NCBI GenBank assembly: GCA_052327205.1 | Contig: CM126204.1 | Coordinates: forward strand, 269,700,001 to 269,764,000 | DNA length: 64,000 bases | Direction of reading: 5' to 3' | Source: Somniosus microcephalus | Taxonomy: Eukaryota | Shown: positions 24,154 to 37,631 of the stretch, in pieces | Layout: the number at the start of each line of letters is the position of its first letter | How positions within the stretch are numbered: the stretch's first letter is position 1 | Translations under genes and position numbers: made by a program | The notes under the pieces: generated by a model | Database searches by the model: none | Seen by the model: the letters and a program-made list of their open reading frames with translations, nothing else | Told to the model about the DNA's origin: nothing

Positions 24154-27100
24154 TATGAGGTAAAGTTTAAATTTGTTAAAAAATGGACCACTTTGAAGTG
24201 CCTGCTCCTTTCAGTTCACCAAAGATGATGAATGTTCCCCATGGGTTGACTTACATTTTAATAAAATGTTGGCCTACACAGCGCTCGTTTTTCGGGCACT
24301 AACCAGATTACTAAGCTGCCATTATGGCATGCAGGGAGCATGCACACATTTCTGACTGGATGTGTGCAACCCGCCATATTGCTAGAGAAGGTTGTGCTGG
24401 CGGCAGGTGCGCACACCGTCAACATTCTAAGACAAGAGCACTATGTAAATTAGGGCCCTGTGCTTCATTGACTATTTGCTGGCAGCTCTGCACAGCTCCA
24501 TTGAAAGGAAGCCAGAGGCCCAATATCGGGGACGCCTCAGGCTTCACCATTCAGGCACAGGGAACAGATCTGGCGCCCCCAAAGATGGGCAGGCCGAATT
24601 TCGACCCTATTATCTCCCTGTTGCAAGGATTTTGCTACAGCTTTGATGAGACACCACGATCATGGAATGAACTATAAAGTTCTACAGTATTTTGTTGAAA
24701 TTTCAACAACTGACTTTGAATGAAAGAGCCAAGCCAAATGAAAAGGTTACTAAATACAACATAGTTAGCTTGATATTTTGTGTTTTTAATACAAAAAATA
24801 CATTTGCAAAGCAGAAATGACTGGCAGTACTGGCAATTTTTTCATCTAGATGGAGCATTTCTAAATATCTGATTTAAAAAAAAAATGAAAGTAAGAAAGC
24901 CTTTTATAGCAACTTATATTATGTCTCAAAGTACTTCACATAGAGCGAGTTTTACTTTGAAGTGCAGGTTATGTAGGCAGAAATATAGAAAGTAGAAATT
25001 TCTCTGAACTACCCTACAGCCTGAGTCATTGTCACATGAAATGTGTGCATCAACATATGCCCAAGTCTGGCACATCTTCAACTTGTGATTATTGGCATTG
25101 CCTACTTTAAAAAAAAAGTTGCAGTAGAATACAAATCCTTGAAAAGTATTCTCTCCTATTTGAATTGCATTGTAGCTTGTTTACTACTGTCTTTGAAAAC
25201 TAAAATTAAGCCTGGGCCCGGTGGGGTGGGGGGGAAAGAGATACTTCATGTGGTAAAACTAAATCAAGCAGTGCATTATGTAGTTGATGCTGGAGGTTCC
25301 TTTTAAATTCTCAGACTAGTTTCTCTTTTTGATGTCTCTTTGTTTTTACAAACCTAATAAGCACAAGCTTCATGCAGAAGAGGGGCAGGACAGACAGAAA
25401 GGAAGACCACTAGGGTCCACTCACAGCAAGGTAACAGAATTAGAGAAGTCTAGAAGTATTTAGAGAAGTCTTATAAATATCTTTCATAGCAAAAAGCTAC
25501 AAGAGGATGGCTCAGATCTCACATCATGCAAATCGTACTCCAGTATTACTGCACTGCTGAAACTCCAGATTCATGTTCTGTAAAAGAAGCTCACTACAAA
25601 TAAACTGGTTTCCTTAAATGAGAGGTCTACATTGGCTATTACTGCTTCGCTCTTGCGATCACATGACTTCTTGGCCATTCCCTATTCTCCCCATGCTTGT
25701 GATCACTTTGTTTGTTGGCCATTGCCTCTCCATGCTATGATCACATTGCTTGTGATACCCTTGAAGTTTCACATCACATCACTTCAATCCACAGGATGGC
25801 TGGTTGGATTTGGGGGTTGGTAGACTGTGCCTATTGCTCTAAGACATTGAATGTTCTCCAGGCGAGATGAGAAACATTTCAGTATTGAATTCCCTGCCCC
25901 ACTCCAAAATTTTTTTACTGTCACTTGAGTCTTTGTTGCTTTGGTATGTCTTTGATAGCATGGATACATTCTTGACATTGCAGTTTCTCAGATTCGCCAA
26001 TATATATTCAAGGTCTTTTCTCTCCATTTATAATGCACATACTTGGTCCATGTGCTGTTGTTTGCTGTTTTCCTACCTGAGTTTTGCTCTCTCAAAACCA
26101 GAGTTTGTTTTTAAGTTAAAAATCAGCAAAACTGGTCAAAACTGCTCGTTTAAAACGTTCTCCGACATTAAACATGAAAAACCTGGTAGGGCACTGATCT
26201 TAAGTTATTTGCAGTATGAGAATTGGCTGCATTGATGACCACTCAAAACACCGTGCCATGCAGCTTCTTGAAACAGTGAGGCCAGCTAGTACTGCCTCTG
26301 TAGTCAACTTCAGCAAGCCCAAGTTATGAGCAAACATGTCTTGCCTTTTTTAAGAACTGGGTTGCTCATTGTTCTCATTTGGGCAAATCACTATTGGTGT
26401 CTCTAGTTGCGGAAAATTACTACATAGAATTATATAGAAATTACAATACAGGAACAGCCTATTTGGCCCAATCAGTCCATGTTGGGGTCTACCAGCCACA
26501 CGAGCAGCAGTCAATGCCACGTGCCCACCATGTTCCCAGATCCCTTTTCTTCAACCATATAGCTAACCTATTCTTAAATGTTGACATGATCTCTGCTTCA
26601 ATCGTCAACTCTGGTAGTGCATTCCACAGTTGTTTTTCCATTTGCTTGCTTGATTATTTCCACTGATTTGGCTTCCTGGTAGTTTTGTCTCACTGTTCAG
26701 GCACATTTACAGTGCATTAAGTGGCACTCTGCATTCTTTTAGCAACTTTCATTTTCTTTCCGGGTTCTGCTGCAGATCTCAGTAGCATCTAACTTGGCTG
26801 TAATTCCACGTTTTGCTTCACTGTTTCTCTTGCGTTTCCTGCCCACTGTGATGTCAGAGCAGACTAATCAAATTGACTGCCAAATCACATGCACGCCACA
26901 GCATTGTGTTGAAAATTGCATCAAAGAAAATTGCAGTGTCTTCCATGATGAATTAACTGCAGGTCACAGAATGGCATGCCACCGAATAAGCCATACTCTG
27001 GCCAAAAAAATGCTTCAATATATTGCAATTTAAACACCAAAAACTGTGCAAAAAATTTGAATATCCCAAAATATTAAAGCTTGTATGGAGACTTCAGCAG

Positions 27101-28027
27101 ATTTCATAAAGAACTTGAACATACTTTGGGATATGGATAAAGGTGATCAATCACAGGTTTCACTTTTGCCCTTTATGTCCTCTGAAGTCGATGTATTAAT
27201 GCTGTTCTGGGCATCGATCATGTATATATAAATAACTTTCTAAAGAGGCACAGTAATTAATTAAAAGAAGTTTTGAAAAACATACAGGTGTGATTTCTTG
27301 ATACATTGCAGTTTCTCAGATTCACCAAGATTCGTAGAAAATCCTATCTTAACGTAACAGACTAGAACCTCAAAACAAAAAGACAGCAATAGCTAAGATT
27401 TTAAGCAAAAAGGTGCGATTGCTGTAAACAGGATACTTTTAATAATTTGTGAAACATTAACTGTCGACTATCTAAAGATGAAAGATAAATCATCAGTCAT
27501 TTAATCAAAACTGCAAGTGCACAGAAGCTTTTCCAGAAACAAACAATGCTAACATTGCAATATAGAACAAGACTTCAGCCAAATTTACAAATCTGAAATA
27601 CTTGGGTGTTGCCTAACCAATAAACCACAACGGAAGTGTTTTTAAAACTCTGTACGTTGCTTGTGACTCCTCGGGCTTTTAAGTTTACAGACTAGTTATG
27701 AAAGTTATAATCCCGTTAAACAAACCAAGTTCCTTCTAACAGTGCAAATGCAAAGTATGAAATTATTTGCTACTTTTGGTACCATTACAGCTTAAAAGTC
27801 TTTGAAAAGTTATTCTTTTTGTCTTCATCATTCAACATTAACTCCAGCTTCAAAACATTCTACAGCCATCAGAAACCAGCAACGAATTAAAAGAAGTTTT
27901 GAAAAATGTACAGGTGTGATATCATAATCAGTATGAACTTCACAACCAAACCTTCCTGCGGTTAGATTTGTATAAGTCTGATACTGTCAGAGCCACACTA
28001 CATTATAGTGTAGTTTAAGGAAATACA

Positions 28028-28312
28028 AAACAACACTTTGCATTTATATAGCGCCTTTAACATAGTAAAACGTCCCAAGGTGCTTCACAGGAGCGTTATA
28101 AAACAAAATTTGACACCGAGCCACATAAGGAGATATTAGGGCAGATGACCAAAAGCTTGGTCAAATAGGTTTTAAGGAGCGTCTTAAAAGGAGGAAGGAG
28201 AGGCGGAGAGATTTAGGAGGGCATGCCAGAGCTTAGGGTCTAGGCAACTGAAGGCATGGCCGCCAATGGTGGAGCGATTAAAATCAGGGATGCGCAAGAG
28301 GCCAGAATTCGA
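28028..28312 (-). mobile_element. L2 LINE 3' end
   Basis: ttgcatttatatagcgcctttaacatagtaaaacgtcccaagg is the reverse complement of an L2-type tail. A related piece lies at about 34455-34770. Confidence 0.75.
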
Positions 28313-29758
28313 GGTATCATGCAAGGTACATCAGAATTATAATGAAGGGACTACAACTGGAAAAAATAAATCACAATAGATTTTTTTAATAAAAGTTAAA
28401 CTATCACTAAATATTAGAGCTAATTTAAACAGATTTTCAGCTCTTTTCTGCACCAGAATTATCAGCATACATGATCTGGAAAAGTGCAGGAAGGCTAAAA
28501 AGGACCATAAACATCATTTGCCTTTTTAGGTGAATTTTGTGCACTTTTGAGGTCAGAGATGTTAATGGTGGGAAATGTAACATCCTAACATTTCCAACAC
28601 TATAGTGTCAGTATTAGCCACTCCAAGACTATGTTTTTTCAAAATAATTTGTTCTCTGAACATGAGGCAAACTGGCAAAGCAGCATTTTTATAGTCCATC
28701 CCTATATGTCTGGAAAAACTCATGACTCCTTGAACTGCTGCAGTCCTTTTCATGGAGAACGCTGCAATTCATATAGGATTAGATACAGAAAACAGATCCC
28801 TTTATGCTGTTCAAACAACATGCCTTAACCTATTTTCAGACAAATGGCTTGTACTGCACCAATGTGACACTTTTACATTTTTCATACCACCCATTTGTGG
28901 CCTGAATGATAGTTAATGTGGTGCCAATTAGGGTCAATTCTGTACTGGGTATTAATGCCAAATAGGAACTACTGTACATTGAGATTGCTCCAAAATTGCC
29001 AATTAGAGGCTTTATAGTGCCATGGTCAATGGAATTGCATGGAGAATTGTTCCAAACTCATTTCATGCAAGATTCTTATAGGCAGAGTAGACTTTCAAGC
29101 CATCAGTCTGAATTTGAAGCCAGGTCCTTGAAGTGGAATATTAGTGTCTAATCCTTGCAGCATCCAGGTCCATATTCCTGTCAAATGGATTTGATTCAAA
29201 CTGAAAGTAGTGGCAGAGTTTACCCACAATGCTGTCCCAACCCACTTCACATGACAGGCAGCATTAAGTCACCAGCGTAACACATGAACAGTGGTTTTCT
29301 CCTCAGGCACCAGGTGCCATGGGATTCTAATCACATTGTTTATGCTGGTCTGACTTCCCCAGACACACGTGCAATCAACTTTAACAGCAGCATCAGAGGA
29401 ACTACAAGTTTCATTCCAAATCAAGACCACAGTATGATGTGAAACTGCTTAAAATTTAGAACACTTACAGATTCATAGCAATATAGTAGAAAAGGAACCG
29501 GATGTTCCACTTTTTCCAAACAGTCTTCGAACATTCAGGATTCTGATCTGTAATTATATTGCCTTTTCATCTTTGGATTTATAAAATAAATTTAAGACTG
29601 GAAAGCTATTATGAATTTTGAAAACCAAACACAAAAGAAATAGACAATACGTTACTTATCGTACTGCTATTTAAAACTGGCAAACTCAAAGTAACACTAA
29701 AGTGCTGGGAGGGACATAATCAGTTAATATTGTGACACCACAAAGCAGCAATTCGTTT

Positions 29759-32700
29759 TGTAATGTATACAACATTGAAGGGACTACTTTCTTTTGCGGA
29801 TGTATATCCTTAGTTGCGAGTGTATAAAACAGACGCGTATCGATTTGTACAGTCAGTGCTGAAGTTCTAGTTACCCAGTAAAGATCACTTGAAGTTACTC
29901 TCAGTCTCTGCTGCTTTATTATTTTATGTAGTTGTGTATAGCGGTACAAACACAACAAATTGGCGACGAGAATTATGAACCTACGTCTTCCTAGTCTGGC
30001 ATCGCATCCAGAGGACACCGAAACTTGGAAGAGAGGAGCGAGAAGGCAGAGAAAACGGAGTACGCTTGCTAAGCTAGGCAGGGGATACGCAAGTCAAGTG
30101 AAAAGTGCACAGTGACTTGCATGACGCTAGCTAACTAGTAAAGAAAGAAAAACGGGTTTGGGAAAAAAAAATGGCAATGATTGGCACTATTGCAGCATTT
30201 GATAGCAGTATTGAAGACTGGGCAACTTACATTGAAAGAGTGGAGTTGTACTGTGAGGCTAACGGAGTGGAGGTAGAAAAGAAAGACACTGTTTTGCTGA
30301 GTGTTATGGGCGCAAAGACATATGGGCTGCTATGTAGTTTATTAACCCCTGAAAAGCCAGCAAACAAAACATTCAAACAAATAGTGGACACACTCCAAGA
30401 CCATTTAAGCCCCAAACCACTGCTCATAGCTGAAAGATTTAAATTCCATAAACGGAACCAGAGCAAAAATGAAAGCATTTCTGAATATTTGGCAAAGTTG
30501 CACAAATTATCAGAACATTGCCAATTTGGAGTGGGCTTATCAGACGCATTGAGGGACAGATTTATGTGTGGCATGCAAAATGAAAGCACACAAAAGAAGC
30601 TCCTGTCTGGAAAAAGACCTCACATTGGAGAAGGCTCTGAGTAGCGCAATATCAATGGAAGCAGCAGCACGCGGCGCTTTAGAAATTCAACAAAAATCCC
30701 TGGAATATTCAACTAATAAAATGTCACTGAAACAAGAAAAGTGTTATTGCTGTGGCAAAATGTCACATGACCACAATGACTGTTGGTTTAAAGACAAAGA
30801 CTGCAGACAATGCGGCAGACAAGGGCACATTGAAAGTCTGCAAAGCAAATAAGAAGCAGAAAACTGATACAATACAGAGTAACAAGAAGGTACACCACGT
30901 GACTGGAAACAGTTCAGATAAAAAAAAAAGTGACACAGACTCAGAGGAAGAGGATTTGGCTTGTCTGAAAATACAGTGTGAAAGAGACAGAGGATCACAG
31001 AATAATATGGATTACTCCAGAAGTGGCAGGAGTTGGGCTGAAAATGGACTTGGACACAGGCTCAGCTTTAACAGTGATCTCTGTACATGACTACAAACGA
31101 CTGTTTTCACACATACCGCTAAGGCCAACTAAAGTACTGTTAAAGACATACACAGGACAAAGAGTGTGCCCCAAAGGTAAAATAAAAGTGACAGTGACAT
31201 ACAAAGAAAAAAAAATACCGCAATTGAACCTCTATGTACTGAAAAATGGAGGACCACCATTGCTGGGACGCGAATGGCTCAGGAAAACAGTTGGATTGGC
31301 ACACCATCCAAGCACTGTTTGTGTCAGCAAAGGAGGACAGCAACGCCACTCCTGAGAGACTGTCACAAATACTCTCTGACTCTCAGGAAGCGTTCAAGAA
31401 GGGAATAGGAACACTTAAGGGCATGAAAGCAAAAATTAAGACTGAGGAGAATGCAAATCCAAAGTTCCACAAGGCCAGACCAGTGCCTTATGCAATTCAC
31501 CCTTCAGTAGAAGCAGAGCTGGAGAACTTGGAGCAGTTAGGGGTCCTGTCCAAGGTGGATTGGAGTGAATGGGCCACACCTATAGTTCCAGTAATGAAGA
31601 AAACCTCCAGCACAAAACCAGGAAAGCCAAGAAAAGTGCGCATCTGCGGAGAGACTGTTAACCCAGTCCTCCACACAGTACAGTACCCATTGCCTCGCAT
31701 TGAGGACATCTTTGCTTCCCTGTCAAGAGGGGAACGCTTCACAAAGATTGACTTGGCCCAGGCCTATCTCCAAATGGAAATTGATGATGCATCAAAGAAG
31801 TACCTGACAATAAATACGCACAAAGGCCTTTACCAGTACAATCGGCTGGTATTCGGAATAGCATCAGCTCCTGCAATCTGGCAAAGGGCAATGGACCAAG
31901 TCCTGCAGGGGATCCCAGGTACTCAGTGTTATCTTGATGACATCATCATTACTGGCAAGAATGACAACGACCACCTTTCCAACCTCGAACAGGTGCTCAT
32001 CAGGTTACGGGAGTATGGGCTTCGAGCGAACCGAGACAAGTGTGAGTTTTTCAAAAAGGAAATCTCATACTGTGGACATGTGATTGACAAGGACGGTTTA
32101 CACAAGTCTCCAGACAAGATTGGAGCTGTGATTAATGCACCAACACCTGAAAATGTGTCTCAGTTGAGATCATATCTTGGACTGGTGAACTACTATCACA
32201 AGCTCTTGCCCAACCTATCCAGTGTTACATCCACTAAATGCACTGCTACAGACAGGGTCACAATGGAAGTGGAGTGACAGCTGTGAACAAGCTTTTCAAG
32301 AGAGTAAAAGACTCATTACTTCAGAAGTGCTAGCTCACTTTGACCCATCCTTACCTATTCGACTGGCATGTGATGCTTCACCCCATGGCATTGGTGCCGT
32401 GTTGTCACATAAGTTCCCAGACGGCTCAGAAAGACCAATAGCCTTTGCCTCAAGATCATTGACTACAGCTGAACGCAATTATGCACAGATTGACCGAGAG
32501 GCCCTCAGCCTTGTGTGGGGAGTCAGGAAATTCAACCACTACTTGTATAGTCAACAGTTTACACTGTTAACTGACCACCAGCCTCTCATTTCAATCTTCA
32601 ACCCAAGGAAGGGCGTTCCAGTGATGACGGCACAACGGCTGCAGCGATGGTCACTCTTCCTAGGGGCTCACCTGTATGACATGGAATACAAGGGGACCAA

Positions 32701-34451
32701 GCAACATGGCAACGCCGATGGTTTGTCACGTTTACCACTGCCGACCTCAGAGAGAACTACAACAGTTGGCTCAGCAGAGGTATTTCACACAATAGTTGAG
32801 CAGCTACCAGTGACAAACTCCCTCATTGAAAGAGAAACATGCAATGACCCTACATTGTCAAAAGTTTATGACATCACTGTGAAGGGATGGCCAGCGCTTG
32901 GTGACTTATTGTTTCCAGCATTCTCAGCTAGGAGGGAGCAGTTATCAGTGTGTCGGGGAACACTGATGTGCGGCTCACAAGTTGTGATTCCTCCCAAGCT
33001 TCGTAACCGAGTGCTAGATGAACTGCATGAAGGCCACTTAGGTACGGTAAGGATGAAAAGCCTTGCCCGTGGATACGTGTGGTGGCCGGGAATTGACAAA
33101 CAGATTGAGGACCTGACAAAGAGCTGCTCAGGATGTCAAAAGGTCCAAAAACCACCACCACAAGCCCCTCTCCATCCATGGGAATGGCCCTCATCACCAT
33201 GGCAACGTGTGCACATCAACTTTGTTGGACCGTTCATGGACTCCATGTTCTTGATTGCAGTCGATGCACATTCCAAATGGCCCGAGGTCATTAAAATGAA
33301 ATTAACCACATCTGAAAAGACCATTTCAGTTCTGAGTACCATGTTCGCTAGAAATGGCCTACCAGAACAAATCTGCAGACAATGGACGACAATTTGTCTC
33401 TGACAAATTCCAAGGTTTCATGAGGAAAAATGGAATCAAGCACTACACATCTGCCCCGTACCATCCAGCTACAAATGGCTTGGCAGAAAGATTCGTACAG
33501 ACTTTCAAGAAGGCCATCAAAGCAATGTACAGCGAGAATCTACCACTGCAACACAAGGTAGACAATTTCCTCTTTGCTTATCGGAACGCAGTACACGCAG
33601 CCACTAATCAGACTCCAGCGATGATGTTTCTGAACAGGAACCTGAGATCTCGCATGGACCCTCTTAAACCGAATGTACGTCGTGATGTAGAGAACAAACA
33701 GTTCAAACATTTGAATGCTAAGCCAACAAGAAGCTTCAGTGTGGGACAGTCAGTTCATGCTCGTGGTTTCCGGACGGAAAAGTGGCAACCAGGGACAATA
33801 TCCACAAGAGAGGGACCACTGATGTATACTGTGGATATGGGAGAGAACGTTTTGAGACGTCATGTGGACCAAATTCTGGATGTTCAAGTGGAAAACACCC
33901 CTATACCTCGCCCAGATTCACCTGACATGGAAACAGACACTCCTGATTCATCAGCATCAGCACCAGCCTCATCCACAGCCGAGAGCTCTACCTGTGCTGA
34001 TAGCTCACCTGATGCACCTGTACAGTCTCATTCCCCAACGCAAGAGAGTCTGGAGAGACGTTACCCAGAGAGGCAGAGGAGGCCTCCCCAGAGACTTGAC
34101 TTGTAAAAGGGCTGTTGACAAAATAAAATGTTATGTTGGAATTTGAATTTAGTTACTTTTAAGAAAACAAAAAGGTTACTGTAAAGGCAGGCTCTGTATG
34201 TTAATTATAGAAATTTTGCGTTAATATACTATTAAACTAAAGGGGGAGGAAGTGTAATGTATACAACATTGAAGGGACTACTTTGTTTTGTGGATGTACA
34301 TCCTTAGTTGCGAGCGTATATAACAGACGCGTATCGATTTGTATAGTCAGTGCCGAAGTTCCAGTTAACCAGTAAAGATCACTTGAAGTTACTTTCAGTC
34401 TCTGCTGCTTTATTATTTTATGTAGTTGTGTATAGCGGTACAAACACAACA
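29759..34451 (+). mobile_element. Full-length Ty3/Gypsy (Mag-like) LTR retrotransposon, decayed
   Basis: Two 199-bp TG...CA LTRs (29759-29957 and 34253-34451; 10 substitutions by hand count). PBS TGGCGACGAG at 29961, PPT AAAGGGGGAGGAAG at 34239-34252, imperfect TSD GTTT/CTTT. Confidence 0.96.
30171..34106 (+). pseudogene. Gypsy gag-pol with several frameshifts
   Basis: Gag with two CCHC knuckles, protease LDTGS, RT YLDD, RNase H LACDAS. Integrase has HHCC plus HINF (D>N), DNG and NGLAE. Domain order is PR-RT-RH-IN. Confidence 0.95.
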
Positions 34452-34789
34452 CTTTTCAACTTGGAAAAGAATTTTCAAGAGTCGAAGATGCTTCATAGAT
34501 GCATAATCCATATGAGATATTAGAAAGGGTGACCAAAGGTTTGGTGAAAGAGGTGGATTTTAAGGAGGGTCTTAAAAGAGATGGAGAGACAGAGGGTTTT
34601 AGGGAGGGAATTCCAGAGCGTAGGCTTTAGGCAACTGAAGGCAAAGCTGCCAATTGTGGGGCGATGGGAAGGCGGATGCACAAGAGGTCAGAGTCAGAGG
34701 AACAGAGTCTGGTGATGGGGTTCTGTAGGATGTTACAGAAATAGCGAGGACACAATAGGATTTAAACATGACCTTAGGATGCCCCATAG

Positions 34790-34970
34790 CACTTCACAAC
34801 CAACACACTTTACAGCCAATTAAGTACTTTTAAAGTGCAGTCACTGTTGTAATCTAGGGAAACGCAGCAGCCAATTTGAACACAGCAAGGTCCCACAGCA
34901 ATGAGATAAGTGACCAGAAAATCAGTTTTCAATAATGCTGGTTGAGGGATAAATGTTGCCCAGGGTGAGA
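34790..34970 (-). mobile_element. Deu-domain SINE fragment
   Basis: cagccaattaagtacttttaaagtgcagtcactgttgtaat...cagccaatttg..cacagcaag core, shared with the 40697-41100 copy. Confidence 0.7.
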
Positions 34971-37631
34971 ATTTTAAATTTAGGGTGTGGGGGACCAGGA
35001 TCCAATGTAGGTCAATGAGAACAGGGCTGATGGGTGAGTGGGACTTGAGGCATGATTGTATACAGACAGCAGAGTTTTTGACAAGATGAAGTTTACAGAT
35101 AAGTGGTTACTTGAGCTGTTTGTGAATTTTGGCCTATGGATGTGTGACACTCTGCAGATGCAATGGTGCCTAGCCCACACTTCAGGTGCAACATCTTTGA
35201 AAGGTGTGACAACAGACGTGTATTAGATGCAGGATTTAATTATATAGATGTAATTCAATTTGGAGCTTACATGAATTGAGGGAAGAGAAATAAATAGTTT
35301 CATAGCATGAATTTATGTTCTAAGTAATACTGCAGGTTGCTCATACAAAGAGCCGAAAAAGATGGATCTGAACAAGAAAATGTGCCATACTCGAGCTTTC
35401 ACAGGACTGAAATAAAACAATCTGTTTTTTGCAAGGACACTGCATTGTAAATGTTAGCACAGAAAAATATACAATGCTTTTGACCCCTCAATTATAATGG
35501 AAAAGAACCATTTAAAAAAAATCTTAAAAGTTTACAGAGACTTGAATTAATGTGTTCAGGTAAATGTCTTGAAGTAAAAACGGCATAGTTTGACATTACC
35601 AGATTACATACACGTCATGCCATTAAGTAATTGGAACTGGCTCTGAACATCTTCAAGTGGTTATGAAATAAAAATAATGCAAGATGTGAAAATGAAATCT
35701 GTTAAGTGCAAAATTATTTTTCCTGTGAGTTATAAAAAGTTACAAATCCTGACAAAAGGATAACTGAAAGCTACATTTACACCAAAATCCAGGGCTTGAT
35801 TTACACAACACTAGAGCTTGGAGTTTAACCTGGTGATTAGCTGGTTATTTTGGTCAATTCTCACAGGAGGAATAAAATTATGTGCATTTTAACAGTCCAA
35901 CTTAAAAAACATTTGTAATGAGTAATAACTTTTGGTTCAATTATTCCAGTTACTGAGCTTTATATAGTGCCTTCAACATACAAAAATGCTGCAAAGAAGC
36001 ACAAGAAAAAAATGGATGCTGCGCCAAAGCAGGAAAGATCAATACCCAATAACATAACAAGACACCTAAAAACCTCAGATATGGACTTAGATAACAAATG
36101 AGCATCATTTAATTAGTTTATAAAGTTAATATGGACTCCCATGACTGTTACTGTCTCACTCATTTCTTGCTATTCACTTTTCAGCCAAAAAGGCCTGCAA
36201 AGTGATTTACTCTCATGTTAGCTCCATGGTGTCTTGTTCTATAGAAGGAGATCCTCTTTAAAACTAGTACAGCTTTTGCAAAAGTTCCAAAATTCCTGGA
36301 CAAAAGAGGAGCATTCACGAGTGTGTATGGTCAAAGAATGAGATCCACACTGCAGCACTCTGCTCTTTTTGTGCGGTAATTGCTGCCCATTAGTACAAAC
36401 ACAGGTCACAATTTACAGGAAAATGCCATACATTATAAAATCATATCCTGACCGGTCAGGACAGGGAACTGCTGATCTCTGCGTGGGAGAGAGCTGGGAG
36501 GATGCAGCCACTCTTAGTGTGCAACAGCTGGAAGTCATTTATCTCGTGGATGTGGCCTTACTCAGCTCAAGGATTCCAGTTTGGCTTTGGGCATGTGTGA
36601 GAGAAATTGCAGTTGGGGGTGGGGAGAGAAGGGAAAGAGAAAGAGAAGGCGGGAGGGTATTTGGCTAAGACACTAGTGAACAATGTTCCCATTAATTATT
36701 TTTTTCCTGCACGGCCATGTTCCAGCGGCAACAGCTTGTGAGCGGCCTACACAGGATCGCCTGATTGATGTGCCCGCACACCTTGGGGGAACATTGCTAG
36801 CGAATGAGTTAGTGCTTACGGAAGCTGAATATTTTGGATTTCAAGCCAAATGCCAGTTTTCACTTCAATTTAAAAAAAAACTGTCTCAGGGACACAGCTG
36901 TTAACGTTCCAACACTTTGCAATAAACTGAAGACCCCTCCTGCTTGGAAAAGGGAGAGATCCTTGGATATCATCCTCTCCCCATGGCTTGCTATTCCTGT
37001 ACCAGATTCTGTTCTGGAAAAATTATAGAACAGATTTAATTTTCTTTGTGGGGGGGGGGGGCAGATTATTGAACTAGTTCCAACTCATTACTAGGAAGCA
37101 TATAACTTATTTCAACCTTTTTTTCCCCCAGTTTTAAAGAATGCATTTGAAGGATCACTGTAAATTCAAAACTAAATGTGAGCGAGAGTTGTTACATGCA
37201 AGATAAAGGAAAAATGCTCATTTTCACTAGACTCTCCAAGACTGCCATCTGTATGAGACAAAATATACAGCACCGCAAAACAATATGCAACCAGATAAGA
37301 AAGAACATGAACAGTGTACTGCTACTGCCAAAATAAAATTCTTAACTTTAAGCGAGGCAACTTCAGTCCCATTTCCATTCCACTTTGCTTAAATCTCAGC
37401 AGAATAACACTTCCTGTAGTACCAATGTTGTCTATAGTATTTCAGTGAATGAAAAGTGACAGTGTGAATTTTTTATATTACATCTATTTGAATTGAAAAT
37501 CATTTGGTTGCGCAATTAAAGATTTTGTTCTTCCAAATTCGGGTTACCTTTTTCCCCAAGAGAGGATTTTGATTTATACAGCACTCGTGTGAAGAACTGG
37601 TTGTTGATGACTTAAGCATACCACACATTAA

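Noticed and set aside
25784-25978. PCYQR peptide resembling ZnT7 exon 9
   Set aside because: Coincidental. The true exon 9, with splice sites, is at 19156-19246.
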